A program made the position numbers and the translations under genes. A DNA stretch of 64,000 nucleotides, taken from positions 32,001-96,000 of the forward strand of contig CAVPBK010000005.1 of NCBI GenBank assembly GCA_963701855.1. Reading direction: 5' to 3'. The notes under the pieces are model-generated. The model had not been told where the DNA came from and did no database searches. It worked only from the letters and a program-made list of their open reading frames with translations. Positions 21,160 to 30,154 of this stretch are shown here, in pieces; the stretch's first letter is position 1, and every line of letters begins with the position of its first letter. This DNA is from Nitrospirota bacterium (GTDB lineage Bacteria > Nitrospirota > Nitrospiria > Nitrospirales > Nitrospiraceae).

Positions 21160-21312
21160 GGGAGTGAAGATACGGTTGTTTCAGCACAGGCTAATTATCG
21201 AGCATGCAGCTTACGGGGTCAGAGATGACTTTTCAAGAGCAGGAGCGTATGGCATATAGCGGTTAAGTAGGCCCGAAAGGAAAATTCTGACGGGATCTCC
21301 TTCTATTAGCTA

Positions 21313-22248
21313 TCAGCTCTTCGCTGCGCCCGCTCTCGCCATCATTTTGCAGTAGGAGCAGACCTCTGCGGTGGTGGGCTGCTTACAAGACGTGCAAGGG
21401 TGGAGAACGGCCCGGTCTTTTTCTGCCATGGTAGTCGCCGTGGGCTGTTTTTTGCGTTGCTTCTCAAGAAAGCCCCAGTAGAAGGTCTGCTTCGTGCCCG
21501 GCGACTCCGTCTCCAGACGATTCAAGACCTCCTTGTACTGGAGCATCTTAGAGCCCTTCGCCATGGGGCATTCCTCGACGATATAATCGATTCGGTTCAG
21601 CACCGCATAAGCCGCCAGTTCTCGTTCCGAGAGCCGGTAGAGGGGCTTCACCTTTTTGGCAAAACCTTCTACCGAAGCCGGCAACGACGGGCTCTGCTTA
21701 TCCAGATATTCCTCCTGCCAATGCAGCACGTTGCCCAGGAGCCGGGCCGCTTCGTCATCGAGGTTGTGGCCCGTGGCCATCACATCGTATTGCTGTTCGA
21801 TGGCCACGCGATTGAATTGGTAGCGTTTGATGGTGCCGCAAGTCGAGCAGGTTGGACGATGGATCAACTGAGCCAGTTCCTTGATCCCCGCACCGGCCTC
21901 CTGTTCGACCGTGTGGAGATGCAGCGTGGCTCCATGTGAGGCAGCAACCGCCTCGGCAAACTTCGTCACCTTGGCGTGCGACTGCTCAGAGTAGGCCCCG
22001 ATACCGAGGTTCACGTAGAGCGCGTCGGCGCGATAACCGAGCTTGAGTAGAATGTCCCAGAGCGCCAGACTGTCCTTCCCGCCGGACACTGCCACGAGGA
22101 TTCGGTCTTCCTTTCCGAACATCCACTCCGACTTGATCGCCCGCGCCACCTGATCGTGGACGAAGCCGTTGAAGCAGTTCTTGCAGAAAGCCGCATTGTG
22201 GCGAGGGAGGCCAATCACCGCTTTGGTCTTACATTTGGTGCAATTCAT
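21313..22248 (-). CDS. ttuA: TtuA/Ncs6-like tRNA 2-thiolation enzyme
   Basis: N-terminal CxxC...CxxC, PP-loop SGGKDS, CSTC, GHNLDD, ECP, C-terminal CxxC...CxxC. Confidence 0.83.
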   Translation of the reverse strand: MNCTKCKTKAVIGLPRHNAAFCKNCFNGFVHDQVARAIKSEWMFGKEDRILVAVSGGKDSLALWDILLKLGYRADALYVNLGIGAYSEQSHAKVTKFAEAVAASHGATLHLHTVEQEAGAGIKELAQLIHRPTCSTCGTIKRYQFNRVAIEQQYDVMATGHNLDDEAARLLGNVLHWQEEYLDKQSPSLPASVEGFAKKVKPLYRLSERELAAYAVLNRIDYIVEECPMAKGSKMLQYKEVLNRLETESPGTKQTFYWGFLEKQRKKQPTATTMAEKDRAVLHPCTSCKQPTTAEVCSYCKMMARAGAAKS

Positions 22249-22342
22249 GGGCTGGTTTCTCTGGTTAGTTTGGTCTGTCTGGTTTATTTGGTTTGGACGA
22301 GATCAACCAGAAAAACCAAACAAACTAGATGAACCGTCTTCA
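22249..22342. repeat. 9-bp periodic palindromic element filling the ttuB-ttuA spacer
   Basis: (CTGGTTTCT/CTGGTTAGT/TTGGTCTGT/CTGGTTTAT) followed by (AACCAGAAA/AACCAAACA/AACTAGATG). Confidence 0.75.
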
Positions 22343-22534
22343 TCCTCCGGAGATCACTGGTCTGATTTCGATCTGATCGCCGTCGTACAGCATTTCGTCT
22401 TCCGTCACCAGATCGTCGCCTTTGATCACGAGATGCGCTTCGACGACGAGGCTCAACTCGCGCAGGAGGTCTCTGACTTTCTTGGGGCCTTTGACTTCGA
22501 CGGTTCTGGCTGGATGGCTCAGCTGGACTTGCAT
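22340..22534 (-). CDS. ttuB: Ubiquitin-like sulfur carrier (TtuB/MoaD/ThiS family)
   Basis: 64 aa ending IEIRPVISGG, directly upstream of ttuA. Confidence 0.82.
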   Translation of the reverse strand: MQVQLSHPARTVEVKGPKKVRDLLRELSLVVEAHLVIKGDDLVTEDEMLYDGDQIEIRPVISGG

Positions 22535-22616
22535 GGGAGGATGATAAGGCCGGCGTTGGCAAGATTGCAAGAAAGCCGTCAGCACCGGACCTTGAATCGT
22601 TTCGCAGATGAACGCT

Positions 22617-23621
22617 TTATATTTCTGCTTCCCGCAGAAACTTCGCCGATTCTTCCGGCGCCACTGGATTGATGTAGAATCCTGTGCCCCATTCGAAGCC
22701 AGCCACTAGGGTCAGTTTCGGAATGATTTCGATGTGCCAGTGGTAGAAATCTCCGGTTTTCTCGTGGAGGGGAGAGCTATGGAGGATAAAGTTGTAGGCA
22801 GGTTTTGCAAGGACCTTGTTCATCCGTCGGAGCGCTTCAGAAAGAATCGGCGCGAGGAACTCGAATTGTAGCTTCTGGCTCTCTTCGAAGTAGCCGGCGT
22901 GGCGTTTAGGGAGAATCCACATTTCAAAGGGAAAGCGCGGAGCATACGGAGTGACGCAGAGGAACTCGGGATTTTCAGCCACGATGCGGTTGCCGTCAGA
23001 GAGCTCCTGCCGGAGAATATCGCAATAGATGCAGCGTTCTTTCTGAAAATAATGAGCCCGGCAGCCATTGATCTCCTCCTGGACGCTGGTGGGGATGATC
23101 GGCAGGGCGATGAGTTGTGAGTGGCTGTGCTCCAGCGTCGCGCCGGCTGGGTTGCCGTGGTTCTTGAAAATAAGGATGTACCGGAATCGCGCGTCTTTCT
23201 TCAGGTCGATCATGCGATCGCGATAGGCCCACAGCACATCCTCGACCCGCTTCGTCGGCATGTCGGCCAGGCTATCTGCGTGGTTCGGGGTCTCGATGAT
23301 GACTTCATGTGCGCCGATCCCATTCATGTGATCGTAGAGGCCGAGGCCTTGGCGGTCGAGGTCGCCTTCGATCTGGAGTGCAGGGAACTTATTCGGCACG
23401 ACACGCACGGTCCAGTTCTGGCTGTTGGGCGCCACCGGCTGTGGCCGGTAGGCCATGATTTCTTTCGGCGTCAGTCGCTCTTGTCCTGGGCAAAAGGGGC
23501 AGAGGGCTGCGGCTAAAGGTTTGGTACCTTGCAGGGGCATGAAATCGTGAGGCCGACCTTTCCGTTCCGTCGAAATAATCACCCACCGACCGACAATCGG
23601 ATCACGGCGCAAATCAGGCAT
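22617..23621 (-). CDS. galT: Galactose-1-phosphate uridylyltransferase-like (GalT family)
   Basis: CPFCPG, VVPNKFP, FKNHG...GATLEHSHSQL, YHWHIEI. Confidence 0.92.
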   Translation of the reverse strand: MPDLRRDPIVGRWVIISTERKGRPHDFMPLQGTKPLAAALCPFCPGQERLTPKEIMAYRPQPVAPNSQNWTVRVVPNKFPALQIEGDLDRQGLGLYDHMNGIGAHEVIIETPNHADSLADMPTKRVEDVLWAYRDRMIDLKKDARFRYILIFKNHGNPAGATLEHSHSQLIALPIIPTSVQEEINGCRAHYFQKERCIYCDILRQELSDGNRIVAENPEFLCVTPYAPRFPFEMWILPKRHAGYFEESQKLQFEFLAPILSEALRRMNKVLAKPAYNFILHSSPLHEKTGDFYHWHIEIIPKLTLVAGFEWGTGFYINPVAPEESAKFLREAEI

Positions 23622-23640
23622 CTTTATCCTCCAAACTCAT

Positions 23641-23735
23641 GAATCGTCAAACGTGGGATGTAAAAGGTGAAACGTGAGGCGCCGGATTTAAGAAGGCAAT
23701 CTTTGTCCCAGCGCTGTTTCGTTTCACGTTTCCTA
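23641..23735. repeat. Heptamer-periodic imperfect inverted repeat
   Basis: GAATCGT-CAAACGT-GGGATGT-AAAAGGT-GAAACGT, then a complementary GTTTCGTTTCACGTTTC arm. Confidence 0.6.
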
Positions 23736-23739
23736 CCCA

Positions 23740-25941
23740 TCAAACGCGCCACAAATTCGCTTCAAACTCTGGACCGGGAACGAGGAAGGTCGCAGGCTTG
23801 TGATGCGGGTAGCGTGCGACTTCCAATCGATGTTCCAGCACTAGAATGGTCATGCGGAGTTCCTGCCCGGCTGTGAGCTGTAAGTCCTTGAACGGCACAG
23901 CCAGTTCGACAATCTTCCGATGGCAGATCGATTGGTAAGGGCCGATCTCCTGCCAGGATCCGCTTGCGAGTTTCTGCGACAGCAGAAACTGGTCTGGCCC
24001 TGACGGTACAAGGGGAAATGACATGCGATAGAGGTGTTCAGGCGTCTGTAACTGCAGCTCGACCGTGAGCCCTGCCTGGCGCGGTTGCGATTGCTCGTCT
24101 GGATCGAGCCGGAGATACAACTGATCAAGACTCCAGCCAAACTGGATATCGGTCAGTACCCCTTCGGATTTCCACATTGCGCCAAGCGGCGGCTGAGGAT
24201 TGATCCTGCCCGCTCCGCGCCACTCGAAAAAGTCGGTTGCCAGTCCGTCGATGGAAGGGTTCAGCAAGGCGAGCGGCGCCGTCACGAGATCTGCCTCCGG
24301 CATGCCGCGGGGACTAGAGATCGGCTGATTTAACAAATCCGGTGGAGTCAGTCCCGCGATCGTCCAGACGTTTCGAAGGTGAGTCCGGAAGAGCCGATCA
24401 AACTCGTCGTTGTAACCGCAATCAAAATCGTCTCCATACCACCAGAACCAATCGCTGCCTTCGGCAGCATAGAGTTCGTCCCAGGCGGCTTGTGCGCGAT
24501 CCGAGGGGAGGGTGGAAGAAATCTCGGCAAGACGGGACCGAGTCTGACTCACCAGGTCCCATCCCCGATTGTCTTCCTGGTGACCGATCCAGATCTTGTA
24601 GTCCTGATTGATCCAGGAGCCGGAATGGAGGTGGCTGACTCGATGTGTGGCCGGCGAGGCTTGGAGCGCTCCGGAGATCGTCGCGGTGGTAGAGCGAACC
24701 GCATCGCTATCGAGTGCACCGGTTGAACAGGCCTTGTAGAGGAGCGAGAGAAACTGTTCGCCCCCCTCGTGATAGTGTTCCCATGGGTTTTCCCCGTCGA
24801 GCACAATTGCGATAGTGACCTGGTCCTGCGGCGTGTCGTAAATGATTTTGCGCAGCCGGCGGAGGACATCTTCGGCGGCCATATCGGGAGTGGTTTTGTG
24901 GTAGACGAACCCAAAGGCATCGGAGATCTCCCGATCGCGAAACAGCATCGTGATGTCTTGGTCTTCCGCTCCGACCCGGTAGGGTTGATACAGATCCCGG
25001 TGGCGTTGCCACGGTTGCTGGGCCGCATCGAGTGAACGAGCGAGGATGCCTTCGTCGGTCGCCAGCCAGCGCAGTCCAACCTTCGGCAACATCGGAATCA
25101 ATTCTGGACAGACGGAGCCTTCCGACGGCCAGAGGCCTACAGGGGCTCGCCCGAATGTGGCGGTGTGAAACTCGACGGCACGTTGCAGTTGCATCTCTGC
25201 ATCTTCCGGCGCGTGGAATCGCGAAGGGAGCGGGAGATCCGGCCTGGCGCGTCGAGTGAAGTCCGTATCGATGACGAGCGGCAGGATTGGGTGAAAGAAA
25301 GGGGTTGTGGTGAGTTCGATTTGTTCCCGCTCCATCAATCGTCGATATTGCGGAACAATGTCTTGCACGGCGACGAGCTGGAGGGCTAACACTTCCTGTT
25401 TTTCTTCTTCCGTGAAGCCCCTGTTTTTCGCGCGCAGCGCAGCCAGGCGCGGATAGCGACTGACGGTGCCGTATCCGAACCAGGCGAGGTTGTGCCAGGT
25501 CTGCAAGTCCAGCAATTCCTGGATGGAAAACTGCCGCGCGATTCGTTCCAAGTCGCGACCATAGATGTCGGCACCGCGCTTCACGAGCAGTTCATGATAG
25601 CGAGGGTAGGGGCGCACCATCGTGGCCCAATTGGCGGAGAAGAAATGTCGGATGAGAAAGGCTTTTTCTTCCGGACGGAGGTCTGCCGCCGGACGCTGCG
25701 CATGTTCCAGAAAGAGGTCGCGCACCGTCCCTGATCCGATTTCATTCAGCTGTCGCAGGAGCGAGGGAGTAAAGTTGAACGTGGCTTTGATCGAGGGAAA
25801 CTTCTCCAGCCCATAGGCCATGTCGTAGTAGGCCTTGGTGGCATGGAGACGCACCCATGGCATACTGGCAGACCTCGCGACCGGGTCCGTGTAATAGGGT
25901 TGATGCATATGCCAGAGAAAACAGATGTGAGCGGTCTTCAT
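23740..25941 (-). CDS. Glycoside hydrolase family 57 (amylopullulanase-like)
   Basis: WHMHQP, HPILPL, WPSEG (nucleophile), DGENPWE (acid/base), AEGSDWFWW. Confidence 0.94.
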   Translation of the reverse strand: MKTAHICFLWHMHQPYYTDPVARSASMPWVRLHATKAYYDMAYGLEKFPSIKATFNFTPSLLRQLNEIGSGTVRDLFLEHAQRPAADLRPEEKAFLIRHFFSANWATMVRPYPRYHELLVKRGADIYGRDLERIARQFSIQELLDLQTWHNLAWFGYGTVSRYPRLAALRAKNRGFTEEEKQEVLALQLVAVQDIVPQYRRLMEREQIELTTTPFFHPILPLVIDTDFTRRARPDLPLPSRFHAPEDAEMQLQRAVEFHTATFGRAPVGLWPSEGSVCPELIPMLPKVGLRWLATDEGILARSLDAAQQPWQRHRDLYQPYRVGAEDQDITMLFRDREISDAFGFVYHKTTPDMAAEDVLRRLRKIIYDTPQDQVTIAIVLDGENPWEHYHEGGEQFLSLLYKACSTGALDSDAVRSTTATISGALQASPATHRVSHLHSGSWINQDYKIWIGHQEDNRGWDLVSQTRSRLAEISSTLPSDRAQAAWDELYAAEGSDWFWWYGDDFDCGYNDEFDRLFRTHLRNVWTIAGLTPPDLLNQPISSPRGMPEADLVTAPLALLNPSIDGLATDFFEWRGAGRINPQPPLGAMWKSEGVLTDIQFGWSLDQLYLRLDPDEQSQPRQAGLTVELQLQTPEHLYRMSFPLVPSGPDQFLLSQKLASGSWQEIGPYQSICHRKIVELAVPFKDLQLTAGQELRMTILVLEHRLEVARYPHHKPATFLVPGPEFEANLWRV

Positions 25942-25964
25942 GGTCGAATGTTATCCGATATGTG

Positions 25965-26192
25965 TCAGGAGGCTGAAAAAGTCCGCCAGCTTCGTTCTCG
26001 TCTCATCGAAATCCTCAACGGAGACCCGGCCGCCTCACCAACTCGGCGGCGCGCACGGACTTGGTGCTCCTTATTCGTCGCATCGTGCGCCCACGAGGGC
26101 ACGTCTCCGGTTTCGACTCGCCTGCGGCCTTGCTTGGGGCAACGCGCGTCTCGGCGCGCCGGGGTTGAGGGGTATGGCCTTTTTGAACCTCC
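25965..26192. repeat. MITE-like intergenic element, type A
   Basis: TCAGGAGGCTGAAAAAGTCCGCCAGC ... TTTTTGAACCTCC. Internal CCTTGCTTGGGGCAACGCGCGTCTC matches ACTTGCTAGGGACAAGGCGCGTCCC near 1848. Confidence 0.68.
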
Positions 26193-26320
26193 AGTGCGGT
26201 GCGTATCCTGTTGTTCTAGACGTGCAGGCCAGTTAACAACTGGCGTGTTTATATAGTCTTTCCGTAATCTGTCCGTTATAAGTATCGCATAGGGGTAGGG
26301 GATTGGGCGAGAACAAATCA

Positions 26321-26740
26321 ATGCGTGACGCAGCTCGGCAAGATGTGATGGCTCAAGTGTTTTGGTACTGGGCGCCGGTAGCGCTGTATGCCGGTATGAT
26401 TTTTTACCTGTCGGCCCAGTCGCACCCGGAAGAGCAGCTGCCATCGTTCTTGTTCAAAGACGTCAGCGATAAAGTCTTGCATGCGGTGGCATATGGTATC
26501 TTGTCCCTGCTCTGCTACCGGGCGTTTCGCTGGGCAGCGGGGCCGGCTGTCGCCCGGCAGGCGGTTGTGCTGGCGATCGTGACGGCCTCGGTCTTCGGCA
26601 TCACAGATGAAGTGCATCAATTCTTTGTCCCATTCCGTGAGTCGAGCTGGCTGGATTGGCTGGCCGATACAATCGGTGCAGCCATTGGGGCCATGAGTTG
26701 GCGATTCTTTTTGAGTGTCGGTCCACATCCCCGTCATTGA
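26321..26740 (+). CDS. VanZ-like membrane protein
   Basis: DKVLHAVAYG, TDEVHQFFVPFR, DWLAD. Confidence 0.88.
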   Translation: MRDAARQDVMAQVFWYWAPVALYAGMIFYLSAQSHPEEQLPSFLFKDVSDKVLHAVAYGILSLLCYRAFRWAAGPAVARQAVVLAIVTASVFGITDEVHQFFVPFRESSWLDWLADTIGAAIGAMSWRFFLSVGPHPRH

Positions 26741-26825
26741 CACCCTCCCGCAGGGGGACTACCTTGCGCGAAGTGCTTGGCCTTTCGGGAATGTGTAGCC
26801 GGCACTCGGCAATGCTGCGAGCCCC

Positions 26826-27407
26826 ATGGACTCTGATAAGGAGGATGTGACGCTGGACGGTAAGATAGGTTATTCGTATCTGGTTCGACTCGGATTTCCC
26901 GGATTCATTGTTGCCGTAGGTCTTTCCTTGGTCGGCTGTCCTCAGCCGATACCCAGAGTTTCGATTCCCGGTTCAGATGCGTCTCCCCCGACCATGGCCT
27001 GGCAGACGTATAACATGCAGACAAAAGAGAGTGGAGCGATCGTAAAAGATGGCCAGTCAATCGACGTACCGTCCAGCGATCAATAGGTGTTGACGTTGCT
27101 CGTGGAAGATCCCAACAGCGGTGTGAAAGATGTCACCCTGAGCGGCAGCGTCCAGTATGTTTGCCAACAAAGTGGCCAGGTCGAGGACAAAAAGTTCCCT
27201 CTCGAAACGCAGGAAACTAAACCGACTCCCGACCAGGAGAACAAAGTGCCCATCAGAGCCTCACTTGTCTATGCCGTGGAATTCGGCAAGATGGGATGTA
27301 AAGAAAACTGGACCTTTGGCGGAGGGAAACTGTCTCTGGTAGGGAAGGCGCACAATTTCGTTGGCGGCGCTGAGACGAAGACGTTGCACGTTAATTTGAA
27401 GAAGTAA
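26826..27407 (+). pseudogene. Putative lipoprotein interrupted by an in-frame TAG (27084-27086)
   Basis: Lipobox LVGC. ORFs 26826-27086 and 27087-27407 are in frame and directly contiguous. Confidence 0.65.
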
Positions 27408-27721
27408 CGCGCAAGATGAATAAGGCCCTTGCTGTCGAGGGTCTTCCAATTCTCTCTATCACTCCTTAGAGGAGTGGCCGAGGCGAGCCTCCATCGCTCT
27501 CTTGACCGCTAGGGCTTTCTAAGATCCCCCTTGTAGGAGAGTCCAAACTACCCACGTCAGAAACCTCCCTTTGGAATTATACGGACTCAGGTCGATTTCC
27601 TGAATGATTTGAACTATTCTTGGACCGGTTCGAAATCAAATGTTTTTGACAACAGACAATCAGAGAACGAAGCGGGTGTGAACCTTTTCGAAATAGCCTG
27701 CCCAATGACTCGGGAAGAAGC

Positions 27722-28636
27722 ATGGTTGATCCCAACACGAGATTAGAACAGATTAGCCGTTGTCTGAATGGCCTCTCCATTGGTGATTGTCTCGGACACC
27801 TGCTCTTCACCATACCCGATTTGCGCCATCACCGTCGAGTGCCCGAGGGGATATGGACCTATACCGACGATACTCGCATGGCTTTAGCGATTGCGCACAA
27901 CCTCGCTCACCACGGCACTATCGCCCAAGATGAGTTAGCCAAGCGATTTGCTGAGGACTTTATAGCCCAACCCGAGCGAGGATATGGGGCCGTAGCCCAC
28001 TTCATCCTCCATCGAATCGCGTCGGGTATTCACTGGAAGCAGGCAAGCACTCTGGTCTACTCGGGCACTGGCTCAAAGGGCAATGGCGGAGCCATGAGAG
28101 CTACCGTAGTAGGCGCATACTTTTTTGACGACCTATCTTTGGTGGTTCAACAAGGCATCAAGGCGACTGAGCTTACCCATGCTCATTCTGAAGGGAAGGC
28201 AGGAGCCGTCGCTGTAGCAGTGGCTGCGGCATTAGCCGTCCGTGTGGCACTGAAGCAATGTGCCCCACGATCAGAAGAGCTGTTCAGTCAGGTTATTGAC
28301 TACACCCCACCCGGACAAGTCCGCCTTGGACTGCAACGGGCTGCCGAGCTGTTGGATGCCTCACCAAGGCACGCAGGCGATCTGTTGGGAACCGGTGTGC
28401 AGGTTTTGGCAGAAGATACAGTGCCGTTTGCACTCTGGTGTGCGCTGACGACGCTGCACAACTACGAGAATGCTCTTTGGAAAACATTCGATGCTCTTGA
28501 GGGACCTGAGAGCGACAGTGACACGTTGGGAGCGATTGTTGGTGGCATCGTAGGTCTGAGTGGGTATAGCACTATCCCCGCTCATTGGCGTCAGCGTTCT
28601 GAAGCCGTCGATTTTGGCCAAATGGGCATTGAATAA
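27722..28636 (+). CDS. ADP-ribosylglycohydrolase (DraG/ARH family)
   Basis: GDCLG, YTDDT, GNGGAMR, TH, DSDT. Confidence 0.92.
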   Translation: MVDPNTRLEQISRCLNGLSIGDCLGHLLFTIPDLRHHRRVPEGIWTYTDDTRMALAIAHNLAHHGTIAQDELAKRFAEDFIAQPERGYGAVAHFILHRIASGIHWKQASTLVYSGTGSKGNGGAMRATVVGAYFFDDLSLVVQQGIKATELTHAHSEGKAGAVAVAVAAALAVRVALKQCAPRSEELFSQVIDYTPPGQVRLGLQRAAELLDASPRHAGDLLGTGVQVLAEDTVPFALWCALTTLHNYENALWKTFDALEGPESDSDTLGAIVGGIVGLSGYSTIPAHWRQRSEAVDFGQMGIE

Positions 28637-28879
28637 TCAAATGCCTCGGTAAGGAACAGATTTCAGAATCAGTTGTTTCCGGCACTCTTGGGCCAGACAA
28701 TAAAGCCTGCAATTTGTCTGTTGTTGCGAGATATCAAGTGCACAAGATTTTTGGAATGATGAAGACCACATTGTCTTTCAGCTAAGATTCGGTAAATTCT
28801 CTTTTTCTATTCCTTTCTGCGTCCATCCCCGCTTGCCTCGGTGAGTCTCTTCCTATAAAGAACTTCATGGTTATTGCAC

Positions 28880-29240
28880 TGGTCCATCCGTCTCGCCGAG
28901 TGGTCCGTTTCCGGTTGGTAGCACCTACAGCACAGATTTCACAGTGGATCTGAACTCCCCCTATACTCCTAGCTCTGGAGTGGCAAACTTTGAGGGAGCA
29001 ATCAAATCTTTCACTTTCTCTGTTTTGAGATCGGGCTATTCATACTCCTCGGATCAACCGTCCACCCAAGGGGTGAGCATTACGCCGAATGCTCCGGGCG
29101 GTGACCTCATCTACTTCTACATGTCATTTCAGTTTTCCGGTGGCAGACAGCCTAATCTGTTGGCCAACTTTCAATTTATTGATCCGAATGGAACATTGAG
29201 AGCTAATCCAGATCTGTATGACCGGAAAGGGTGTGGATAA
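28880..29240 (+). pseudogene. Fragment of a secreted beta-rich protein (PEP-CTERM-protein-like), truncated
   Basis: GPFPVGSTYSTDFTVDLNSP...FEGAIKSFTFS composition. No clear start or sorting signal. Confidence 0.3.
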
Positions 29241-29351
29241 GTGTATGACTTTGCCGTAGACTCGCCCATAACGGATTGCTGAGATTGCCTGGCTATGCTG
29301 CATAGGTAGACCGCAGACTTACTAGTTCGTCAGATGCGGAGGAGAAGCGCG

Positions 29352-29873
29352 ATGAGAACACTGCTTGGAGCACTGCTTCTCGCCCTGATATCGGTAAATA
29401 CCAATTCGGTACAAGCGACAGGTGGAGCGGAGGACAACCTGAAGCAGAAAAATATCACACTGCCTCCGCCAGCCACGCCTGTTGCGAACTACGTTCCTGT
29501 GGTACGAGTCGGCAACCTCCTCTTCTTTTCTGGCTCAGGTCCCAGCCAATCCACCCCGAAGGGAAAAGTGGGAAAAGATCTTTCACTTGAACAGGGCTAT
29601 CAGGCAGCGCGTGCTACCGGGCTGAACCTTCTCGCCACGGCTCGGGCCACGCTGGGAAGCCTCGACAGGGTAAAAAGAATCGTGAAGGTCCTCGGCATGG
29701 TCAACTCCGCTTCGGGATTCACTGATCAGCCAAAGGTCATCAATGGCTTCTCCGATCTTATGGTCGAAGTCTTCGGTGAGGCGATCGGTAAGCACGCGCG
29801 CTCCGCAGTCGGTGTGGCCGAACTGCCCTTCAATATTCCAGTTGAGATCGAAGTGATTCTTGAGGTCGAGTAG
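29352..29873 (+). CDS. RidA/YjgF family protein with an N-terminal signal peptide
   Basis: PVANYVP, NGFSDLMVEVFG, HARSAVG, VEIE. Hydrophobic leader MRTLLGALLLALI...VQA. Confidence 0.88.
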   Translation: MRTLLGALLLALISVNTNSVQATGGAEDNLKQKNITLPPPATPVANYVPVVRVGNLLFFSGSGPSQSTPKGKVGKDLSLEQGYQAARATGLNLLATARATLGSLDRVKRIVKVLGMVNSASGFTDQPKVINGFSDLMVEVFGEAIGKHARSAVGVAELPFNIPVEIEVILEVE

Positions 29874-30154
29874 GCATTTTACTGATTGTGCTCGACCAGC
29901 AATGTCTTCCTCAGGAACCAGCTTGCAGGGGGTTATTTCAGGCGCGGCTTGCTAGGCGATCGAAACTTGTGAGAATGGTGAATCCGCTCATGCATGGGTG
30001 GTTGCTCTGTCCTGCTCGCCTCGCTCAGTGGCTAGGGTCAGAAATGGTTGCCCTGGCCAGCTTCGGACGAGCCTGCTCGGCATGAGCTTCCTCAATCGGC
30101 TGGAAAGCTGGGAGGTTCGGGGTGACCAGCTGATGATGCGCGGCAAGCCATAGT

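Noticed and set aside
20146..21228. 360-aa plus-strand ORF and similar long antisense ORFs (5068, 38593, 39676)
   Set aside because: Antisense shadows of well-supported genes in GC-rich DNA, with no motifs.
27084..27086. Pyrrolysine or amber recoding
   Set aside because: TAG is a normal stop for many genes in the window, and no pyl genes are seen.
27410..27720. tRNA or att site at the accessory-region boundary
   Set aside because: No cloverleaf, integrase or matching direct repeat near 59.4-59.7 kb was recognised.
29215..29270. Possible IS end (TGTATGAC repeated) truncating the 28.9-kb fragment
   Set aside because: No partner IR or transposase; too weak to call.
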